DNA of 64,000 nucleotides from Lophium mytilinum (Eukaryota): NCBI GenBank assembly GCA_010093605.1, contig MU004182.1, positions 1,969,195 to 2,033,194 of the forward strand, read 5' to 3'. Shown piece by piece: positions 56,103 to 64,000 of this stretch (position 1 is its first letter; each line of letters starts with the position of its first letter). The notes under the pieces were generated by a model. It saw only the letters and a program-made list of their open reading frames with translations, ran no database searches and was not told where the DNA came from. The position numbers and the translations under genes were made by a program.

Positions 56103-57910
56103 GGGGGGGGGGGGCGGATTTGGGACGTTTATGGGATGATCAGAGGTAGGTCGGGCTTGCGCATCGTATGTTCAGGGAGTATCGAGTGGCTTTGGGAGAT
56201 TGGTGAGCCTGATGTAGGGGTTTTGTAATGTTTGATGCTTATGAGAATTTACACGCCGAGTTTCGTAAATATGATATTTGAGAAAGTTAATCACGATAGA
56301 GATAATGAGATGAAAGATGTCGTTAATATCATGGAGAGGCCCATTGTGGTGGGACTAACGAAATATATGCGTCCGAGGAAAATCAGCGCAGGAAGATAAA
56401 GAACGCCTGGTCTCCTGAGGCGCCAAGTAAATATATATTAGGACGGGTACCAGCCAATTGATGAAGTGGTCCAAGGCGGACCAAGACTCCCAGCCTTGCC
56501 AGAGACACATGAAGCTAACTGCATGAGCGAACAATCCTTGGCGGAGATCGTAGGGACGCCTCGTATCCCAACGCCACGCTCGTAATGACGGCGGATCTGA
56601 GTAGAGATACGTTCAATTTGCTTCTGATGCGTATCCATAGCTGATACAGCGGCCCTGCTAAATGAGAATTGCCAATGTTTCGGAAGGTTGGTCGCATTCG
56701 TTTGTCGAAGGCCGAAGTGAATGGCGGGCGAGGGTTGGGAAGACCTAGCGAAGGTCTTTGGCCTTGAGGCTGCAATGAGGCTCTGCGGGCGGCGGCCAAA
56801 AGTAGCGGAACGCGTCTGGGAAAACCAATCTTACATGCCGGAGGCATTCCATACCTATGTATATATTCAAAGCAAAACGAACGTGAGGTGTGAGGGAGTG
56901 AATACTCTCTGCACGAGGCAGCTAAGCGACACGAGCGTCTACTGACTGCAGTCAGAAGAATGTCGCACGCCCCGAAAGTGTGAAGCCGCATAGCACAGAA
57001 TCTGCCTCTTTTCAGTCGCAAAAGTCCCATAGCACTTTCTGAGTGGGCTTCGAAGCCACTTCGGAAAGGTGAGGGAGACTGGGGATGGTGCTCTTCAGAA
57101 AGTACCGGACACACCTTCGTAGCCAAATATGTGTCTGTGGATGTATGCTTACCTGATGTAGACGTTGCTTCAAGATGAACATGCTGGAATTGTATCTATG
57201 ATGAAAAGCTCAATTGCATTGTAGTGTGTAGTGAAGGTCACTTCTGGACGCCGAAGTCTATGTACATGGAAACAAGGATCCTGCATCAACACTAGCTCTT
57301 GTCAGTGATCATTCATACACTAGACTGTGTATGCGTAAGGTCGTACCATTCTAATTTAGCTATGAAAGCACTCTTAGCGATATAGCGAAGCGGCACAAGC
57401 AGTCTCAGCGGTAGGTACAACGAGACGGCAATGAAGTCGAAGTTACCCAACAAGAGGTGATAGCAGGCCAATGTGAACAAACGTTCGCTCGAAAGCCAAG
57501 AAGCACAGTAGACGTGCTACCTCATGCACGGGACGGGGCCACTCTCCATGTCATCGACAACTTTTTGGGACTCTCAAAAGATGTCCGTTGTGGAGCGATA
57601 CGACTAGGACGGCCGATATATCAGGTCACTATAGCAGCAAGGGATTGGAATGATGGAAGAGGAGTATCGCGTCCGGTTGATATGGCTGAATTGCCTCGAA
57701 TAAATGTATAGCAGTAGTGCCAATTTTTGAGAAGAAAGCCAAGGCATGTCGATGATAAGCTGGTAGTACATCCCGACGACCACACCTCCGATAGAACGCC
57801 TCGCCCCAAAGTATCCATGATCCTGATGATCGGTTTGATGATGAATGTCGGAAGAGACCAGTCCTCCGCTCAGATCGAAATATTCTTCGCCGCTTCTACT
57901 GTAGAAGTGT

Positions 57911-58816
57911 TCAAGTAGCGGACGCAGGAGGAGCGCCGAACTTCGCTTTCCTAGCCTCAGCTTTGGCCCTGTCGGCCTCGCTCATCCAGTTCGGACCGCC
58001 ACCAGGGCTAGCCCTCCTCTTCTCGTTTCTCGGCCTCCGGTCGCCATCCCTGGGTCCTCGCTCGTTGTCCCTCGGTCCGCGTCCGCCCTCCCGCGGTCCT
58101 CGTGCATCGTCTCTGGGTCCTCGGCCGCGACGCCCATCAGATCTGCCTCCACGCCTCTTCTCGTCACCGCGACGCCCCTCATCCGCGCCCTCTCGTCCTC
58201 GCTTCTGGCCAAGAGGTCGGTCCGGCAGAGCCTCGTTGATACCCTGCGGTACGTCTCCACCGAACTTCTTTGCGCGCACCAGGTTCTTGTAACCTTCGTC
58301 GTCTTCGAGGGACATATTGTACTTCTCTGCGCGCTTCTTGCGCTTCTCAATCTCCTCGTCCAACGTGGTCTTAGCCAAGCCCTTGGTGAAGTCTACCTTC
58401 GGCTTCTCCTCGACCTTCGCCTCCTCAACTATCGGCTCGGCGGTCTTGTCTTCGGCAGCAGGCTGCTTCACGGTGAGGTCGTCGGTCTTCGCTGGATCAA
58501 TGTCGGCGACTTGATTGGGGACAGCTTGGGGGTTTGCGACCTCGCCCTGTCCTCCAGCCGCGACAGCGGCGGCGGCGGGTTCGGAGGTGGCGGCGGGTTC
58601 CGTGACAGTCGCGGGTGCTTCGGTGGCGTCGTCGTCCCAGTCAATCTCGTCTTCGGCGGCAGTCGAGTTGGCGGCAGCAGGAGCTTCAGCAGTCGATGGT
58701 TTCTTGTCAGCGTCCTGGAGGCGTGTCACCATGTCGGCCTTCTTGCCGGTGTGCGGCAGGTTGCGCGACTTGAGGAGAGCCTCGAGCTCGGCATTCTTCA
58801 ATTTGGAATAGTCCAT
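57911..58816 (-). CDS. THO1: SAP-domain RNA-binding protein (Tho1/SARNP)
   Basis: MDYSKLKNAELEALLKSRNLPHTGKKADMVTRL SAP domain; EIEKRKKRAEKY, RAKKFG and ARKAKFG motifs; RG-rich region. Confidence 0.9.
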   Translation of the reverse strand: MDYSKLKNAELEALLKSRNLPHTGKKADMVTRLQDADKKPSTAEAPAAANSTAAEDEIDWDDDATEAPATVTEPAATSEPAAAAVAAGGQGEVANPQAVPNQVADIDPAKTDDLTVKQPAAEDKTAEPIVEEAKVEEKPKVDFTKGLAKTTLDEEIEKRKKRAEKYNMSLEDDEGYKNLVRAKKFGGDVPQGINEALPDRPLGQKRGREGADEGRRGDEKRRGGRSDGRRGRGPRDDARGPREGGRGPRDNERGPRDGDRRPRNEKRRASPGGGPNWMSEADRAKAEARKAKFGAPPASAT

Positions 58817-59386
58817 TGTTGCGATGGCTCGAGGGTTGCGGTTGCGGTTGCGGGTGGGTATCGCGCGGCGTCGATGATCGACGGCGAGAAGTGGTGAAGG
58901 GGTATGGGAGCGCCTGTCTCGAAGAAAGAGGGTATCAGCAGGCGTGTCGCCGATGGAGAAGGGCGTTCCAAGAGAGTGACTGACAGGAAGTAAGGAAGGA
59001 CTCGACGAGGATGAAGGAGAAATGGAGTTGAGGGTAAAGTGTCGAGTGGGCGGCAGATGTGCTGCGCGCGAAAGTGGCTGGGGACAGAACAATTGGGGAC
59101 CTGGACAATAAGAGCTTAGCGTGCCAAGCTATTACGGCCCGTGCACCACGCCCTCCAGCTGACTATGCTGTCCGTCCCTAAAGCCTCTTGTTCTTTTCCA
59201 TCTCACAACCCAGCATTCACGAATCACTCATCAAATCTCTCGACGATACGTCACGTCTGACCCAACCGCTAGATTCCGCTCATGGCCGATCGAAGATCTT
59301 AACTCGATTCCAAAGTGATTGATTGCGCTACAGAATACAGTCTGAACCCCCGTTCAAGATGCTACCGTGCCCAGTTTCCTATACAA

Positions 59387-61402
59387 TCAATCATACTGTT
59401 TCAAGAAGTCTAACGCTTCGTCTTGCTCCTTGCGAATGATCTCCACGTGCTTCTCGCTCCTGACTTTAATCCCGACTTTGAAGGGCAACGGTGCCTGAAG
59501 AATGCCTGGGTTGTACGCATCGGGGTCCAGGTGCGATACTTTGCGCGTAACTGGATCCACAGGCTCCGAGAACTCAAAGGCCCAGAGCAGTTTCGCGGCT
59601 ATGCGCCACATGTTACGTTCCGCTAGATGGATGCCTGGACAGATGCGCCGGCCGGCGCCGTAATTGTAGTGATGTTTGGGGTTGTCAGCATCGCCTTGTT
59701 TCGGTTATTAAAGTCAAGGGACACTTATCTCGGTTCGCCCAATCCGGGCTACCTGCATAGTCGTTTGCAAGTTTTGGATGGTTAAGATATCGGTCCGGGT
59801 TGAATTTCTCGGAATCTTCGTATATCGCGTCGGTGTGGTGGATAGCCCAGGTGGGTATAAAGACAGTAGAGTCTTTGGGTATCAGCATTCCTTCATACTC
59901 ATCATCTGAAGAACATTAGTATCCGTCGCGTGAGTTATACTCTCCCTGCGACTTACCTTGTCTAACGCGATGGGGCAATGCCGTGACGGCGCTAACAAGT
60001 CATCAGTAACAGCACGCGTTCATGGGGTTGAAGAAACCTACACAGGACGCCACCTCATGCCTTCCTTGATGATGCAGTTCAGATACGGTAGGCGGTCGAA
60101 GTCGGACCATAGAGGAGCCCTTTCTGTTCCACAAACCTCGTCAATCTCCTTTCTCGCTTTCCGCTGCACCTCGGGATACAAGGCAAATGCCAGAATCAGG
60201 GTTAGCAGCTGAGCTGACGTGGTATCTGCTCCGCCCTCAACAATCTCTCCCATGAGATTGGTGAACGAGTGCTGGGTAATTGATGCCGGCCATCCTTTTT
60301 TCTCATACTCATCCAGAAGACTGTCAATGATACATACTCGGCGGTCGCCACGTGCACGCCGCTCCTCGGCTAGTCGTCGAGCTTTTCCCCAAGTGCCGTC
60401 CATTGTCTTGCCAGCGTCGATCGCTCGTCGTTTCCAAAAGGCAAAAGAAGATGGAATGTATTTCAACAGCGGGACATCATCGACCGGTGGATTAGCACCA
60501 GGCTCCATGCACTCAGTCCACTAATTATCATGTCAGATCTGAGATTTGGAGTTACCAAGTAAGTGGTATGTCAAAATTTACCTTTCCCATTACATCGTAA
60601 ACGCCCTGCTCATCATGTTAGTTCCATAATCAGGATAGCTCAAATTTTCTTAACCTACGGTACCCCAAAAAGAGTCATGTGTCTTCGCTCGAAATCCATA
60701 ATTGATAGATGAGACCACCGAAGCCGTATATCTCTGGATTTCTTGGAAGAAATCCTCTGGTCGATCCAGTAAGTTGGTCATCAGAACGGTTGCCCTGCGG
60801 GCTGTCAAAATTTGCATTCTTCAAATAGTGCCTTTTGGCTTCGAGTCTCATGAAGACGAAATCAGAAACTCACTCGGCTTCTTGGACACGAAAATGCTTC
60901 TCGTCCAATTGCTTTGGAGAAAAATTATGAGCAATAATCTTCCGCTTTTCTCTCCATGTCGCATCCATCTGTTCCAAGGCCAGATGATCACCTTTAGTGA
61001 GCAGCCAGCCAACATAGCTGGGTGGGCGATCGGAATAGATGCTTCCTTTCTCCACAAGCAATTTGTGAATAGCTTTCCGGTCGCAGAGAACAATTATATT
61101 GGAAGGGCCAACCTTCAGACTGAAGATGGAGCCATATTCCTTAGCCCATTGACGGAATCTGTAAGCATGGGTGAGCCGGATAAGCCCTCTTCCAAAACAG
61201 TCCCATCTCGTTGTTTCTGCTGGGCCATCACTTACTGCCTGAACAGACCCGTGGACGGTATTTGGTGGATGTTGCCAATCACTGGTAGAGTTGGAGGCCC
61301 TTTGGGCATCCGAGGATCCCGCTTGCCAATTTGGAGCACCCGATAGATCAGTGCTGAGAGCGCAAGCAACAAAAGAGCTGGGGTCAATCCTGTGTACGCC
61401 AT
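59387..61402 (-). CDS. Cytochrome P450, multi-exon
   Basis: PKGPPTLPVIGNIHQ, EGGADTT (I-helix), KEGMRWRP (ExxR), FNPDRY, YGAGRRICPG heme motif. Confidence 0.96.
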
Positions 61403-62378
61403 CTTTTCCAGGCTTTACGAAAGCTTCTCCTCCAATTCGACTATAGTCACGAAATATAGCTGGCAGCAGTTGTAAAGTAGCCAGATAGCCATCTTGGATT
61501 ATTCAGTTTCCAATGCTTCCCCAGGATCATCACCCCGGAGACACCGCGAAAAAAGCGGAGATGGCCTGACGGGAGACTACGTTCCAGGACGGGTGCAGGC
61601 GGCGCAATCGGGCTAACTCTTAATTACGCCGTTGACACAATTGGACCGAAACCATTTACCGGCCCCGCAACTCCACTACTGAATTGTCAAAGAGGAGGTT
61701 GAATGCGAGAAGCACAATAATTGATCGCGGCTGCCGGCTTTCCATGTCACGCTCTTAGAAGATGGATGCAGGACAGTGCGGACCTGGGACATTTTGGCCG
61801 ACCTGAGTCACTTGACATTCCCTTCGCCCAGCGATTGTTCTCATCCCCACGGGGCCCCGGAACTCGGAGCACCTAACACCAACCCGCATATTGGGAAACC
61901 TGGGGAAGGTTGGGAACCATGTCCTGCGACTATTCGAAGGCGTATGGTCGAATTTCTGGGCGGATGCGCTTCGGCTCTTCCGCCCAAAGCAGCAACTTTC
62001 CGCCTGGGCAACTACCTTGACTCTGGAGTTCTTGTGACCCCGCATCTTTTGCAAAGTCATCGTCGCCGTGGCTGTGGGGTATGCGACAGCCTCGCCGTAT
62101 CATTGAATGTATGGTCGATCTTGAAGGGCTAGCCCTAGACTGCCCCTTGGCATCACAGACGACGTTTACCGTGCTGCTGAAAGTTGCCGCTTGCCCTGTC
62201 ACCCTTCATCTACAACTCTCATCTTGTCCAACATCCTTGACCCTTGACTTCCGCCGGTGCCAGATTCAAGCCCTTTTCTGTTTCTCAGCCGTACGTGACA
62301 CGCGCGCGCTTGTGGCCTCCGGCGCATGATCTTACTGTGCCTTGAACTGCGGGGCCAACAACGCCGGAACTCGACATC

Positions 62379-64000
62379 ATGGCCCTTCCAACTCATGAGA
62401 TCAGTCATGAGTCCTTGGCTAAGCTGGATGCGTTGCCCGAAAGAGCGCTTCTGGCGTGCGAGTCTTGTCGGAGGTTTGAGTCTACACTATAATATACTGT
62501 GACGGGAGTTTCCGCTAACGTGCCAGTGACAGGAGAAAGGCGAAATGGTTGGAAGACTTTCGCATGATGTTTCGTTCTCTTGCTGACGTCTCTCGATATA
62601 GCGACCGAACTCTTCCCAGCTGCCTGTTGTGTGGTAAATCGTCTCAGCCCTGCGTGTATCCACCCAAGAAGTTGAAACCGGGGCCCAAAGTTGGTCAGAT
62701 TACTCTCCCTTCCTGCCATATCGACGCGTCTAATAGCGTACAGGCATGTCCCAGAGAGGCCGCAAACGGGCTCGTTTTAATGGTTCACGGGGTAAGGAAG
62801 ATGAAAGACATGCAACCAATACCTAGAGCGTTCTGACCGCCTAGTATCGCACACAGACACCCATGAAAATCAAGCCAGAAGAGTCGAGAGCCCAAACTCA
62901 CGTCGTAATGATGCGCCTAGTTCTCCATCCAGGAGCCCAAACGAAACCAGTGCTCAATGCGATAGTCCACTGCCGCCTTCCCCCCAGGCTACAGAAGAAG
63001 ACACACCCAATGCGTCTGATTCTTCGGACACTGCCGCAATTAATTTCGTTCGTGCGATCAGTCTCTCCTCTATCATTCATCCGACCCACGAAAGTTGCTT
63101 GACCCCTCCACCTAGCATTTCAGATGGATCACCGTCGTCCGGATTCTTCATTAACCTCGCCGGAACGCAAGATCTGATCATGCAAGCCTGCCAAGCTCTA
63201 AATTTATCAGTCCGTACTCTTCAATCACTGTAAGTGCTTCTAGATTTGCGGACTAGCAAACACCTAAATAGTTGATAGGATCGATGCATATTTTGAGAAC
63301 ATGACATCATTTTCACTTTTCCATCAGCCCTCATTTGGAACCAAGATCCAGGACATCAAGAACTTGTTGCACCTCAAGGCATTATTCGCGTCCATGTTCT
63401 CCTTCTCAGCTCGATTTGCGGCAGACTGCTATCAAAGCACATACGCGCAAGAATGCCAGGAAAACTTGTCGCACGAGCGGTTCCATGCCATTGCCCTTCA
63501 ATGCATTAGGGAAGCCCGGGATGATTGTGCTGATGAAATTCCTCCACTCTGCCTCCTGCAGGCAATGGCTCTGAGCACCTTCTACCAGCTGACAAACGGA
63601 GTTCGAGGAAGAGCTTGGCGTTCATTGGGCTCTTGCGTGCGTGTTGCTTACGAACTGCGGCTCCACTTGATTGACTATGAAGGTCGGGTGCCCTCCTTCA
63701 AGGCGGGCGTTGATCTTGCACGATGGTCCGCCAATGAAGAAAGACGACGCTGCTGGTGGGCCATCTGGGAAATGGATGTGTTCGCCAGCACTATCAGAAG
63801 ATGTCCCACCGCCATTGATTGGAGCATCAATGATACATATTTGCCTATTACCGATGAGCACTGGTACAACAGCCGGTACCACACCAGCTGCTTTCTGGAG
63901 AAGAAACCAATGGACCGCTGGAAACGACTACAGAAATGTGACAATGAGAGCGCATCTGCCTGGCTCATTGTGCTCAACTCCATCATGAGAGATGCACAAG
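62379..64000 (+). CDS. Zn(II)2Cys6 transcription factor with fungal-specific TF domain (runs off window end)
   Basis: Spliced ACESCRRRKAKCDRTLPSCLLCGKSSQPCVYP; later LFHQPSF, AWRSLGSCVRVAYELRLHLID, EERRRCWWAIWEMD. Confidence 0.93.

Noticed and set aside
56515..57126. 203-aa minus-strand ORF
   Set aside because: Non-ATG start and random-looking composition.
58817..59092. N-terminal extension of the THO1 ORF in the track
   Set aside because: Begins at TTG; the SAP domain starts at ATG 58816, so this is likely 5' UTR.

Overview
Genomic window from a filamentous ascomycete (Pezizomycotina): short GT-AG introns with CTRAC/CTAAT branch sites and a clear RIP (CpA->TpA) signature. The left part (~1-25 kb) is an accessory, repeat-affected zone. 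It holds a RIP-destroyed pogo/CENP-B-type Tc1-mariner element, a related un-RIPed MITE, an internally deleted Mutator-like element, an apparent three-member family of uncharacterised proteins with a shared C-terminal domain (one pseudogenised), and a large secreted protein with a deleted paralog. The centre is a 12-kb intronless ORF (4023 aa) made of RxxT repeats, whose last ~3.1 kb is also open in the +1 frame. The right part has ATP16, a pseudogenised small secreted protein, an isochorismatase/MFS/Baeyer-Villiger monooxygenase group, a truncated HeLo/SesA-like gene, a 9-exon MDP-1 phosphatase fused to an ADP-ribosyltransferase-like domain, a MARVEL-like gene, a SUR7/PalI-like pseudogene, THO1, a P450 and a divergent Zn2Cys6 factor. 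Gene models and homologies were read by eye; no searches were run.
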